From contig MU054120.1 in the NCBI GenBank assembly GCA_013239625.1, forward strand, positions 558,001 to 622,000: a stretch of DNA of 64,000 nt. The letters are read 5' to 3'. Below are positions 14,051 through 26,799 of the stretch, piece after piece. Both the position numbers and the translations under genes were made by a program. Position 1 is the first letter of the stretch. Every line of letters starts with the position of its first letter. The notes below the pieces were generated by a model that worked only from the letters and a program-made list of their open reading frames with translations, made no database searches and was not told the DNA's origin. The DNA comes from Lama guanicoe. Lineage: Eukaryota.

Positions 14051-14199
14051 GGAAGACCACGCATAGACGAATGAGCATGTTGTGCATTAAATAAGGCTAT
14101 GATTAAATCAAGTCGTGCCTCTGGGCTCCAAGAGAAAAATAAATTACACATTTACAGCTTACAGAATTCAAGAAAAACAAAAATCTCAGACTGGAAAAG

Positions 14200-14850
14200 T
14201 TCTTAGAATATGCAATGGGGTGAGGGGAATGTGGAGAAACTCAGAGACACGTTTATTTTAAATTTAAGAATATTAAAGGAAGATAATTTCTGAAAGTTCA
14301 TAGAAAGAAGAGACTGCTCACAGAGAAATTACGTACAGCTTGACTGCACGCTGTTCAACAGCAATATAGACTCCAAGAAGGCTACATTACAAGGAAGTGT
14401 GTCCTCTAAGAATGCACATTGATAGCATTTTTGGAGGATATAATCCCACACAAAACATGTTTAGGGGATGCTGCAAGAGATAGATGAACTAACTGTGATC
14501 AGTTTGGGGGGGAAGTTCATTGTGGTTTAAAAAAAGTTGTCAAGAGAAAGAAAAAGCAGACAAAATAGATAATCAAAAGAACATGAGAGCATATGAATTA
14601 ACTAGAGTATTTGTCTTTCTGAGAAAGCTTTTATCTGAAGGAAAGCAGGAAAGATTAAAACAAAATCAGTAAAAAAAAAACAACATTTAAAAGGTATAAA
14701 ATAAGAGAGCAGAAATAATTTCTCATATGATAGATATTATAATAAATAAAATGGATTAAACTCACCAATTAAAAGATAAGTGATTAGATTGGATAAACAA
14801 GCTGATACAGCAGTATGGTATCTTCAAGAAAAATGGTTAAAACAGAAAGA
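14200..14850 (+). mobile_element. Old L1 ORF1 end / ORF2 start remnant
   Basis: aatggattaaactcaccaattaaaagata…gattggataaacaag resembles the L1 endonuclease N-terminus (NGLNSPIK…DWI). Confidence 0.6.
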
Positions 14851-16822
14851 GAAGACCTTGACATGACTGGGAGGTCAAGGGAGGATTCTGAATTTCTTAT
14901 TCTTTTTGAAAACATAAGGCATTTGAAAAAGTTGGTTTATGTGTACAAGGAAGGAAGCAGGGGAGAAGTATTCAGTGTTCAAGAGGGGCAGTAGAATCAA
15001 ATAAGCAAGTTTCAGAGGAGATAAGAAATGATGTAAAGGAAGACCATTGAACAGATAAGTCCTAAGAAGGGGGCCAGCATACTCTTCTTTCTGATGCAGA
15101 GAGCGAAGTGGGAAGAGTGTAGGGAAATGAAATTACTTTCAGGAGGTAAAGTACTTTCCCTCACAGATCTGTGAATTCTGTGGATCAAAGAGTCAAAATA
15201 ATCTACTAAAGGGGAAGACAGGAAAATTAGAGTTGACAGACCACCAAGAGCATGATTTTGGAAAATAAATTGTGGAAATATTATGAAGATTTAACAGAAG
15301 ATGAGTAAGTGGATTTCTGAGTTGAGCTAGGATGAATCTACAGAGAATGATGAGAAATTCTTCATTTTCTCAAGTGCTGTTAGAAAACCTGAGAGTGGAG
15401 ACAGGCTGCAGTTTTCAAATTATAATCACATAAAGCTGGAGGGAGAGTGAGAGGAGATGGTACAGGGGTTCTTGAAGTAGTTACTGTCAAGATTGACTGG
15501 CATCTAGACAAGTGAGGAAAGCAAATAAATCCAGAAGCAGCTAATGGATGGGGGAGCAGACAGGGACTGAGGAAATGAAAGTTTAATGAGGCCAAGGAGT
15601 TGGTTTAAAAGTAGTAAGTCAGAGAGGGAAGGGAAGTTGAGATCACAAGATGGACGTTTCACTGAGCTCTTCCAGCATGTAAATATCTCCGTTAACATCA
15701 GTGTTGGGAGGAGGATTTTGGAATTTAAGAGTTAAAAACTTACTAGGCAAACAGGTTAGAAAAGTTAGTTACTTAATGAAGTCAAGGGGTTTATGAATGA
15801 GACGCCTTTTTGTGTCACTGAAAGGGGGGTTTTAAAAATTACCTCTGGAGAGATATGAAAAGAAAAATCAAATTTCAGAGACCCTCCCTTTTATTCGATA
15901 TATTTCCAATAAATTCCTTTTTTCAGAGTAACTCATCCCCCAAACTTCAAAATGTGATAGCATTGTTGGAGTAACTAATTACATTTACAATGGCTTGATG
16001 TGTTTAATTTAAATTCCCCAGAGTTAAAATGAAGATATTGGTTTAAGAAGGTGGCATTTGAAAGCAGCATAAACTGTGAAGAGGTGTGCATTCAGTGTGG
16101 AAGTCAGTCTGCCTGTCTCTTATCTTGAAGGTAATTAGAGTTCCCCAAAGACAGAAAATCAATGCATTCCAAATGAGAATAATTTAGTTGTTATTGCATC
16201 AAGTAAGCATAACACCACCAGAAGGATCTTTAGAACTGTGCATATTCTCATCATCTTCCTTAAAAATAATGTTTATAGCACTGTCAGATTACAAGCGTTC
16301 CGTTAAAAATGCTAACGAGACACGATGACACAAAATCGATACAGCAAAGCCTCGGTTGGTACTTTAATGCTCCGTGTAAAGTAATTGTTTCTGAGTAACA
16401 ACTCCATTTAAAGTAAGTTAACATCTTTCTTTTACCTGGAGACTTTCTTCCTTATAACATTCCTTGACAATATTCAGTCTCCTCAAGATTCACGTTCTGA
16501 GGAATGCTGCCATTGCTCAGGACCTGTCTCCCAGCAGAGGTGGCCATGGCCAGCCACAACTGTGGAAGGGCGTGAACGAACGCCATGGGAGAGAGTGTCT
16601 TTAAGAACGTGCACAGCCAGGACAGGACCCGCAGGGCACATTCTGACGGGGATGCAGGAGTAGAGTGAACCCTGCAGCCGTAAGTAAGCCCAAATTTGAT
16701 ATTTTCCAAAATCATGAGCGACTATCTCTCCTTTAGCAAGCCTTCTCTTGCAATGTGTACTTCACTGAAGTCAAATCCCTCTGGATAAATTCAGTGTATT
16801 GCTTAAGAAGACTTCTTCTACC

Positions 16823-17062
16823 TTCTCTTATTATCTAAACATCTGAAGAATTTTCCAAATTGCTTTCCATAATTACAGCTTAACTTTTTCATCATTATTT
16901 ATAAACTTTACCTTAGGTGAAATTTATTTCAAAATACGTTCTGTTCAGCAGGGGGGTATAATGTGTTGCATTAATGTAGTATTAACGGCTCTTGTTCTAA
17001 GAATGACATATTCTCCCTTTCTGAAACTCACCACACACAGACACACACTCCACAGGAAAGTT
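16823..17062 (+). repeat. Left arm of perfect 240-bp inverted repeat
   Basis: Base-by-base reverse complement of 18375-18614; no mismatch found on manual comparison. Confidence 0.97.
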
Positions 17063-17142
17063 ATGCAGATATAATGTATTGCATAAGCCCTGCACAGAGC
17101 ATATTATTATTTGTAGCCTGTTTCCTTGTTCTTTGCCATCGG

Positions 17143-18110
17143 TGTTCATTTATTCAATAACTGTCTACACAGACAATTGATGTGGCAGGACCTGGGGCTA
17201 CAATGGTGATCATGGTCTCTACCTTCATGGATCTTAGTGCACAGTGAGAAGTCAGCATGAAATAAGTAAGTCAAAAACTTAATAAATAACTCTGCCATAG
17301 AGAGAGAATGAAATTATGCCCTTTGCAACAGCATGGGTGGACCTAGAGATAATCATACAAAATGAAGTCAGTCAGACAGGGAAAGACAAATATATAAAAT
17401 CATTTATATCTGAAATCTAAAAAAATGACACAAATGAACTTATTTACAAGACAGAAAGAGACTCACAGACATACAAACTTACAGTTAACAAAAGGGAAAA
17501 GGTGGGGAAGAATAAATTAGGAGTTTGAGATTAGCAGATATAAACTACTATATATAAAATAAGTAAACAACAAGGCCATAATAGAAGAGAATATGAAAAA
17601 AGAATATATATGTTTAACTGAATAACTATACTGTACACCAGAAACCAACACAGGATTGTAAATCAACTGTACCTCAATTTTAAAAAGTTTAATAATAATT
17701 TTACAATGAGTATTTAATAATTAATTTATATTAATAAATTAATAAATAGAATTATACCAAATGATATGAAGAAAATGAATAAGATTTTCTAAAAAGGAAC
17801 TACAACATGGTAGAAATACATAATTTAGATAGAAAGAAAGGAATAGATTTCTGAGTAAGATTTAATTAAGCTGAGATTGAAAAAAAAGTAAAAGTGAGTC
17901 ATTGGAAATGTGGGGTGAAGTGTTGGAAGAGGTGGTAATTGAATGGTCCAGGAAAAATATCAGCATGTGCAAAGAGCCCGTGGTAGGAGTTAACAGAACA
18001 TACTGGAGGAAAGGAAGAAGTACCACAAAGAAAATAAAACATGGAACAAGATGAAGCTAGTGAGGTGGCAGACCAAGAGGATAAAGGTAAATTATGGCTA
18101 AGGTAAAATA
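17143..18110 (-). mobile_element. L2 fragment interrupted by an L1 insertion (inside the IR spacer)
   Basis: Reverse L2 tail ttcatttattcaataa…ggtctctaccttcatggatctta at 17145-17240; resumes about 17750-18110 (cagcatgtgcaaagagcccgtgg…gatgaagctagtgaggt). Confidence 0.65.
17300..17690 (+). mobile_element. L1 3' end (ORF2 C-terminus remnant and 3' UTR), cetartiodactyl type
   Basis: gaatgaaattatgccctttgcaacagcatgggtggacctagag…gaagtcagtcagacagggaaagacaaat…ctgtacaccagaaacc…tgtaaatcaactgtacctcaat. Confidence 0.85.
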
Positions 18111-18374
18111 AAGCTAAGCACCCCAGTGCATCCTCTTTTCCACATATGAAACTCATTTTCTGTTTTTTGTATCTTCACACTCATGTGATGACCAACAAGT
18201 TCCTTCTCCTTTTGTAGGCAAGTTCTCCTCTGCAAAATCCCCATCAGAGATACGTGTATGTCAGCGTAGTTGTTAGTAGACATACTAAAGAAAAGTGAGG
18301 ACACTAATTGATAATTTTAATGAAAAAATCACATGAATATTCTTCTTTTTTTAAAGTAGTTTGAAAGCCCTCTG

Positions 18375-18614
18375 AACTTTCCTGTGGAGTGTGTGTCTGT
18401 GTGTGGTGAGTTTCAGAAAGGGAGAATATGTCATTCTTAGAACAAGAGCCGTTAATACTACATTAATGCAACACATTATACCCCCCTGCTGAACAGAACG
18501 TATTTTGAAATAAATTTCACCTAAGGTAAAGTTTATAAATAATGATGAAAAAGTTAAGCTGTAATTATGGAAAGCAATTTGGAAAATTCTTCAGATGTTT
18601 AGATAATAAGAGAA
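18375..18614 (-). repeat. Right arm of perfect 240-bp inverted repeat
   Basis: Reverse complement of 16823-17062. Confidence 0.97.
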
Positions 18615-19579
18615 AATATTACTTAAAAACTAATTATCACTACTTACTCCCTCTGAAGGGATAACCTATTTCAACATTAAAGGGAAAATAAATCACTGCA
18701 CTACTGCCTCTAGTTCAGAGTGTGACAGGGATGAGAGAATAGAGAAAAGTGAGCTGTCAGAGCTTCTGCCGGCTTTTGCTTGCTACAGAGAGGGAAGAAT
18801 GGGCGTAAACAGCCCGCTGTTTTAGCAAAGGTGTGGAGCCTTGGGAAACGTAAAATTATGCCTGGAGTCAGGCCACATGTGATTTAGAGGACTAACTTGT
18901 TCAGCATAACAAAGTGATCTGAGTATCTGTGAAGGAACCCAAAGGTGGGGGTTAACGAAGAGCCAAAACTGGGTTTTTATCAGTCTTGAGAGGAAAAGGG
19001 TATGAAAAACTCCAAGACTGGAAACCACTGTTTTCCTCAAACCTTTAGCGAAATTCGCTCTTCCCACAAGTGCTATGTGTGAAGTTCTTTTTCATGTGTC
19101 TGTATGTACGTGTGTGCCCCTGTGTGTTTGTAGGGAACCTTATAAAGAGATTGACTTCCAAGTTCATGTAAGAACAGAGGGAGAATGATAGCCAGGCACT
19201 GTGAGATGCAAGTGAAATGAGTAGTTCAGATGTCATGAAACTCAGAAGCAGAATTCATTCTGAAAATGGAAAGCTCCTGGAAATTAACAGAAATCTTGTG
19301 TAGGGGCTTAGAATAGTGACAGAATATGGGCTGGGACAGTCAAATCATCTTTTTCATTTTTAATTTCAAAGGACAGAGCAACAGTTGAATTTCAGTAATC
19401 AATAAATAATACAAACTTGTAAGCTAGAATTAAATTAGTCCTCTGGGCCAAAAGAAGAGCTATCTTAAGGACAAAGCATATATCATAATCATAGATTTAC
19501 TTTCCCACCCTCAGTAAAATTTCACTTCCCCATGAAACACTCCTCTCAGAGCAAGTAACTCAGCTACATCTTCGTTTCA

Positions 19580-19716
19580 CAAAGCTAATCATAGTCTTAC
19601 TGTGTGATCCAGCAATCATGCTCCAAGTTATTTACCCAAATGAACTGAAAACTTGCGTCTAGATAGAAACCTGTGCACAACTGTTTGTAGCAGCTTTATG
19701 ACTGCCAAAACTGGGC
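19580..19716 (+). mobile_element. L1 ORF2 3' fragment
   Basis: tgatccagcaatcatgctccaagttatttacccaaatgaactgaaaactt…tgtttgtagcagcttta…gccaaaactgg. Confidence 0.75.
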
Positions 19717-22700
19717 GTTTAAAAACGATTGCTGCCTTCTCTGCTTTTACTTAAATAGATATGAAAACTGCGAGAATCAAATGAGGGCAAGCAGAGCTAG
19801 GGTTCTACTTGGGACACTTGGGAACGACATATGCATTCAGAGCAAAGGAGAGGAAGTGAGGTCCTAGCCGGAGGGAAGGAATTTTAAGTTGAGTCTGTTG
19901 GTTACTGAGCTATTATCTTTCTGCTTCAATCTTTCCCGCCCTTTCTGCTACATGGGTGACTTTTTGTAACTTGTTGGAGATTGTTGTCAATTGCACATTT
20001 CTCTTCCCTTCCAGATTCTAAACAATTATGAGAAGAAAAAGCAGGGACCAAAATATCAGTTCTATAAAAGATAAATTAGAAAGGAAAGCATTGGATTTGT
20101 AGTCAAGAATGAAGAATCTCCTCTCCCTTTGCCACTGATTAAAGATAACCCTCCTCCACTAAGTGCCTGCTTTCCCCACTGAGATGCACATGAAGAAGCT
20201 GGAATGCAGAAAGCAGCTGGCTGCACATGCCGTTGGCTGGATGTGCAGGACCAGGCCATCATGTGTTATGGTATTAAGTGCAAGAAACAACAAAACCAGA
20301 GAGCAAGAGATGAGACAGAGGTACGTCAGTGCTGATAAAAATCTCATTCTAGGGAACCAAACCAATGTGGTTCGAAGTGACTTATTCCTAAATTATCCTT
20401 CTGGTCTGCATTAGTCTGTTGCCCATTGGTAATGTAATTCTCCAGTTTTCCCCAGAAAAATAATGCATTCTCTTTGCCTGGAAAGATAGTTGATTTTATC
20501 AGTCATGTGAAATTAGGTTACCAAGAATTATTACTATACATTAAAACTATTTCTTCTGGTTGATTTTTAAAGGGAAACCGTAATTGAAGATTTCACTGTT
20601 TAAACTAATTGGAACTTCTTTACTAGGCTAAAATCTATACACATGATATCTTTTGTGATTTGCTCATTTATTTAATTGGAGTCTAGTAATCAGTACTTGT
20701 TTGAACCTCACAGATATTTAGCATGTGCATACTTCATTATCCTATTCAAGTCAATTGAAACATCTGTTTGGGTAAAACAAACACTATTCCCCAGGGTCCA
20801 AGTGGGTAGCAGTTCTAAGTAAGTCGCTGTAGTTAAACTTGTCACTTTGTCACTTACAAAAATAGATACCAGCTAGTTATTGAAACAACAGTCCACCAAA
20901 TCAGATCTGTTATTTCCAAAGCATCTGCCACAAGGAATTTATTCGTTAATGTGAATGAACTTAAAAGCCTTTAGGTGTTTTGAACACTGCATGTTTCACC
21001 AGTTAAATTATATCGAATATCATGTCATTATCTATGACATCCTATTACCGTGACAATTCCAAATATCACTCTTGGTTATATGAGTTATTTTTTCAATTTA
21101 TTATGAGTTGAGATATTTTTAGTTTGTAGAAGGAAAAACACAAACATTTAATTTATACTTAAGTATCTAATAAATACTTTATTTGAGGTATTCTAAATGT
21201 GTGCCGAGGCCCTAATTTCTAGCAATTATATATTCAGTATCAAAAATCAAGTTGGACAAGATTAGACTACAAATCAGGCCATAACAAAAGTGTTAATAAT
21301 ACAGAATTTTGATTAAAGTCGTCCTATTTGATTGACTCCTCGAAACCATGTTTTTCTTAAAAGAGTCGTTAGTTAGAAAATATAGATTTATCTGTTCTAA
21401 AATAGCCATAATAACTAATTTAATAAATTAGCCAAATATTGTTCTGTACACAACTGAAGGCGAAACGTCTCATTTGTATATGTTTTGTATTCTTGTTGCT
21501 TTCAGGTACATGAAGGTCATTATAAAAGCATTAGCTGGAGATCTCTGAATATCCTTCTTTGATATCCACTAAATAAGGAGAGAAAACCTAAGTGGCTATT
21601 TTAAAAGCTACATACAGAAAAATAAAAGTGTTGTCTGTAAACCAGTGTAGCCAGAGATCCTTGGTATCTGAAAGCTCTTCTAATGGTTCACAGTCAATGA
21701 AATTGCAGCAAACATATGAAGTATTTTCACTTATAAACCCCAAATATTAATTGTTGACACATGAACCTTAGAGAGTTTCTGAAAAACATTCTTATGAGAA
21801 TGTACAAGTATTTACAGAACGCTCCAGGACCCAGGTTACCATCCTACACATCTTCCCTAACTTTTCATACACTAAATCTCATTTTCTCAGGCCACCTTCA
21901 GAACATCGTTATTGCCTTTTTATTTACTGTTTTGAAATCATTTCTTCTTCTGCTTTCTGTTCCCCCCGTTATTGTTGCTAATGATGATTATTCCAGCAAA
22001 TAGTTTTTTTTATTTTAAAAAATATCTATGTAAAAGTAGCTATCACATTTTGACAATCATTGTTATTTGATGTGCTAGAGAAATGCCAAGATCATTTCAT
22101 TATATAAAAATTTGACAAATAATATTGATAGACAGCCATTGCAAAGGGCAAGCTCATATGAATAAAAATTCTAACTTACCAATTATCATTTTTAAAGGGC
22201 AGTTCAGTGCCGGAAAAAAGAAGTTAAATTATTCTAGTTCGCAACTGATTCCTTAACAATGCTTGTTAAGTAACATCCACACTTTCAGGGAGAAAAAAAT
22301 AAGTTAACCTTTTTTCATTACATTTTAAAGAATCTGAGGCACATATTTAACTAATTTGCATGGCCAATAAAAAGTAGTGGGTTTTAAATATTATTTTATT
22401 AAGTCATATAATTAACTATAATGTAAAATTGAAAATCTAACTTTTAAAATACCAGTTTTACTTGATAACTGTCGTGGCTTCAGGAGCTTTACTCCACATC
22501 AGGGAATCCCTTATAATAATGACCCACCACACGTAAATTCCAGTCTCTCAGGTTCTGTGTTTCAGTTCTTCAAAAAACTAATGAACTGATCTCAACTTCC
22601 GCGATCCAAGCCTCACAAATCATAGTTAAGTGGGCAGTCTCTGGATGGTCACCGCTGTGTCAGGGGCCACTCCTGGTCCAGTTAGCCATTGGCGTAGGGT

Positions 22701-22811
22701 CTTGTGATGTGAAGTACACCTCCTGCCCTTCAGAAGGCTCAGAGAAGGGCGGGCTTCTGAGGCGCATTGGGCCACTCAGCATTTAAACTATGCCTCTATC
22801 ATTTCTTTGCA

Positions 22812-23095
22812 AGGTAGTGTCATGCAGTGGAACAGAATGGATTGCTGATTATAGCAGCCCTGCATTTGATTCCGAGCTCTGTGACCTTGAGCAAGTTCCT
22901 TAAACTCTGAGCTGTAGTTGGCTTATCTATAATAAACTCCCTGATTTTAGGCAAGTTACTTAACTTTTCAATACTACAGTTTCTTCATCAGTAAAGACCA
23001 CTGGCATGTACAACACTTTTTATGAATTAATTGATTTATATACAGTGCTTAGCAGAGGCTCTGGCATACAAGAAACCTTCAAGCAAATGTATTCG
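22812..23095 (+). mobile_element. MIR SINE (two overlapping core segments)
   Basis: ctctgtgaccttgagcaagttccttaaactctgagc; ggcaagttacttaac…cagtttcttcatcagtaaa; agtgcttagcagaggctctggcata. Confidence 0.75.
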
Positions 23096-23540
23096 CACAC
23101 ATTGCTATTAGGAGAGAACATTTCTCCGGGTTCCAAGAGCTCTCCCTCAGGAGTCCTGAGTGCACAGCATTGCTTATAGCTGGACAGAAAAGATCCAACA
23201 TTGGGGTTCATTTTCAAGAAGGACAAGGGTGCTTCGCACATGATCCTCACCCATCAGCAGTCTCTTTTGGTGCTAAGGGGATGAGGTTTTTCTGTCTATT
23301 AGCTTCACTCTTGTCTCTTACCAAGAGAACTCAGACAGGAAAGTGGGGGTATTTGCTGAATCCTCTTAAATATACACAAAAATATTTACTTGGTTGCAAG
23401 TAAATAGTTTGGTATATTTTACACAGCAAAGTTCCCTAAGTTATGCAAATATTTCAGTCCCTCATTTTTGTGTGTGTCTGTGTATGGATCTGTGTGTGTT
23501 TATCTCAGAGTCTCATTTCATCTATCTATATCTCTCAGTC

Positions 23541-24958
23541 TGACAGAGAAGAGAGCCCAGAAATAAACCCATAAACTTTTGGTCTATAATCTTTGACAAA
23601 GGAGGCAAAAACATACAATGGAGGAAAGGCAGTCTCTTCAGCAAATGGTGTTGGGAAAACTGGACAGTTGCATGGAAATCAATGAAGTTACAATATTCCC
23701 ACACACCATACACAAAAATAAACTCAAAATGGCTTAAAAACTTAAACATAAGACAAGATACTATAAACCTCCTAGAAGAAAACAGAGGGAAAACATTATC
23801 TGACATAAATGTCAGCAGTGTTCTCCTAGGGCAGTCTACCCAGGCAACAGAAACAAGAGCAGAAATAAACAAATGGGACCTAATTAAACTTAAGCTTTTG
23901 CACAGCAAAGGAAACCATAAGCAAAACAAAAAGACAACCTATGGAATAGGAGAAAATATTTGCAAAAGATGAGACTGACAAGGGCTTAACTTCCAGAATA
24001 TATAAACAGCTCATACAACTTAATAAGAAAAAAACAACTCAGTCCAAAAATGGGCAGAAGACCTAAACAAGCAGTTCTCCAATGAAGATAGATTAATGGC
24101 CGATAGACACATGAAAAAATGCTCAATATGACTATAAGAGAAATGCAAATCAAAACTACAATGAAGTATCACCTCACACCAGTCAGAATGGCCATCATTC
24201 AAAAGTCCACAAATGATAAATGCTAGAGAGGGTGTGGAAAAAAGGAACCCTCCTACACTGCTGGTGCAGCCACTGTGGAAAACAGTATGGAGATTTCTCA
24301 AAAGACTAAAAATAGACTTACCATATGATCCAGGCATCCCACTCCTGAGCATATATCCAGATGGAACCTTAACTCAAATATACATGCACCCGAAGGTTCA
24401 TAGCAGCATATATACCATAGCCAAGACATGGAAACAACTTAAATGTCCGTCGACAGATGACTGGATAAAGAAGAGGTGGTATATCTATACAATGGAATAC
24501 TACTCAACCATTAAAAAAATAAAATAATGCCATTTGCAGCAACATGAATGAACCTGGAGATTGTCATTCTAAGTGAATTACACCAGAAAGAGAAAAATAC
24601 TGTATGATATCACTTATGCGTGGATTCTAAAAAAAGAAAGCAAATGAACTTAACTTACAAAACACTCACAGACATAAAAAACAAACTTATGGTTACGGGG
24701 GGAAGGGGTGGGAAGGGATAAATTGGGATTTTGAGATTTGCAGATACTAACTAACATACATAAAATAGATAAACAAGTTCATACTGTGTAGCACAGGGAA
24801 CTATATTCAATATCTTGCAGTAACTTATGGTGAAAAAGAATATGAAAACGAATATATGTATGTTCCTGTATGATTGGAGCATTATATTGTACACCAGAAA
24901 TTGATACAACATTGTAAACTGACTATATATGTATATAAAAATATATATGCACAAAAAA
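23541..24958 (+). mobile_element. Young 5'-truncated L1 (ORF2 C-terminal part and complete 3' UTR), frameshifted
   Basis: ORFs 23682-23972 (TPYTKINSKWLKNLNIR…INKWDLIKLK) and 24213-24527 (QPLWKTVWRFLKRLKIDLPYDPGIPLL…WYIYTMEYYS) are L1 ORF2p C-terminal sequence; followed by 3' UTR and A-rich tail. Confidence 0.95.
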
Positions 24959-26297
24959 GACTTACATCTATCTGCCCACCTACCTATCATTCATACATTT
25001 ATAAATGTCTGTATATATGTGTGTGTGTGTCTTTTTTCCTAGACTTGTCTATATCTCTAGACAGCTATGGAGAGATTTTTTTTCATTAAATTCTTTTAAG
25101 CTTAGTTACCATCATGGTTTCAGAAGTTGGACTCACCTGGCTAGAAAACAATCACTTTCAAAAAAACAAAATAAAAAAACCCTCTACTAGATTTGTATTC
25201 AGTAAACATATAACAAAAATGATGACCAGTCAGTACTTTTTGTGGCCCCTTCAAAAGAAAAAAAGCAAACTTCTCAATGCATCTTAGTTTAAAACGGCAA
25301 TTAACAAGCCCTGCAGGAAATACTGCAGAGGGGAGACCTCGCCTAGAGAGCTCAGGAAAAGCTGAATGTGAACTGTAAATGAAATCTTTCCCCATCAATT
25401 TTATGGCTTCAAAGATGTTTTATCCTCATTTTTGGTCTTTAATAGATAGGATCTGCTAGTGCTGTCTGGAGGACAGAGAGGGAGGTTTTGTACCACGGCA
25501 GGGAGACATCCACAACGATCTTGTGTTCAGTTCTCATGATGAAAGTTAAAAATGACAAAGCCTGTGGGCAGTATACGTTTCCAATTGGAATTGCTTCATT
25601 TTCAGTGTGTCACCTGCTTCATTCTAAATTTTTTCTGCCCCAAAGTGGTAAACACTTAAACTACCTATGGGGAATTTATTACATAAAGAAAAACACGTAC
25701 ACATTTTTGCCACATGAATTAAGACTCCCCAGTGCACACTCCCTTGGAGAGTAGAAAAGGTAGTTATTTGGGCTTTAAGAAAGGAAATAAAAATAATTTT
25801 CTTGCATTTGGGGTACAGGACTCAAGTCACAGTTCAGACAGCTCAGTACATTTATCTACCCATTTAACAATGTCTGCAGGAAAAAGAATTAGGATTCTTT
25901 ACTAGCGAATGTTGTAAAATGGTCTAAAATTACCTCAACAGCAGCAAATCAAAAAAGAAAGACTATTCTTTTTCTCCCCAAATTACACATCTCTCAAGTG
26001 GCCTTTCTGCCTTTCTTTCTCTCTCTCTCTAAAGCTCCCTTTGAAAGTAATAGTTAACTCTTTAAGGAAATATAATCTATCCTTCCCTGGCCACACCAGC
26101 CTGCAGAGAGAGAGAGTGGGTCACAAAACCATTATTTTTCTGGATTTTCACGTATCTCCTATTATTTTAGTAATAACTGGTTTTCTTCAGATTCTGCCAT
26201 ATGGTTGAGCTCTCCCAAGAGGTGCATAAGGAATATGGCACAAATCACCCTCCAGGCTACCATTTTGGCTCCTCTTCTGCCTTAGCTAATTTTGATG

Positions 26298-26743
26298 GTA
26301 CAGGAGTTACTTCCATGTGTCGATTTGACTGGCCACAGGGTGCTCAGATCAAACATGGCTTGTGTGTATGTCTGGGTGGTGAGGCTGTTTGCAGATGAGA
26401 CTAGCACTGAAATCAGTGAGCTCTAAGTAAAGCAGACTGCCCTCCCCAGTGACGGTGACGTTATCCAATCTACTGGTGACCTGAACTGAATAAAAGCCAG
26501 AGAAAGAAGGAATTCACCTCTTGTTAGTTCCTGCCTGACTGTTTAAGCTAGGACATCTCATTTCCTCGTCTCTGCCCTTGGGCTGGGATTTGCACTACTG
26601 GCTCCCCTGGTGGGTAAATCTTTGGATTGGAGCTGAATTACACCACCTGCGTTCTAGGTCTCCAGCTTGCAGACAGGAGATCCTGAGACTTTTCAGCCTC
26701 GAGGACGGTGGTTCTGTGTCTCTGGAGAACCCTGACTAATACA
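26298..26743 (+). mobile_element. MLT2-type (ERVL) solo LTR
   Basis: tgtgtcgatttgactggccacagggtgc…agtaaagcagactgccctcccca…ctccagcttgcagac…ggttctgtgtctctggagaaccctgactaataca (canonical MLT2 3' end). Confidence 0.85.
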
Positions 26744-26799
26744 CATAGTGGCTGTTATTCCCCAGAAAAGTAATCTGAGCTAGAAAGCACACAGAATGC

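Noticed and set aside
16823..18614. Interpreting the IR as the TIRs of a DNA transposon/MITE
   Set aside because: No TSD (flanks ctacc / aatat), no transposase, and the interior is ordinary ancient L2/L1-containing genomic DNA.
23522..24990. Cluster of the longest ORFs on both strands as a possible gene
   Set aside because: Plus-strand ORFs are frameshifted L1 ORF2 pieces; minus-strand ORFs are their antisense shadows.
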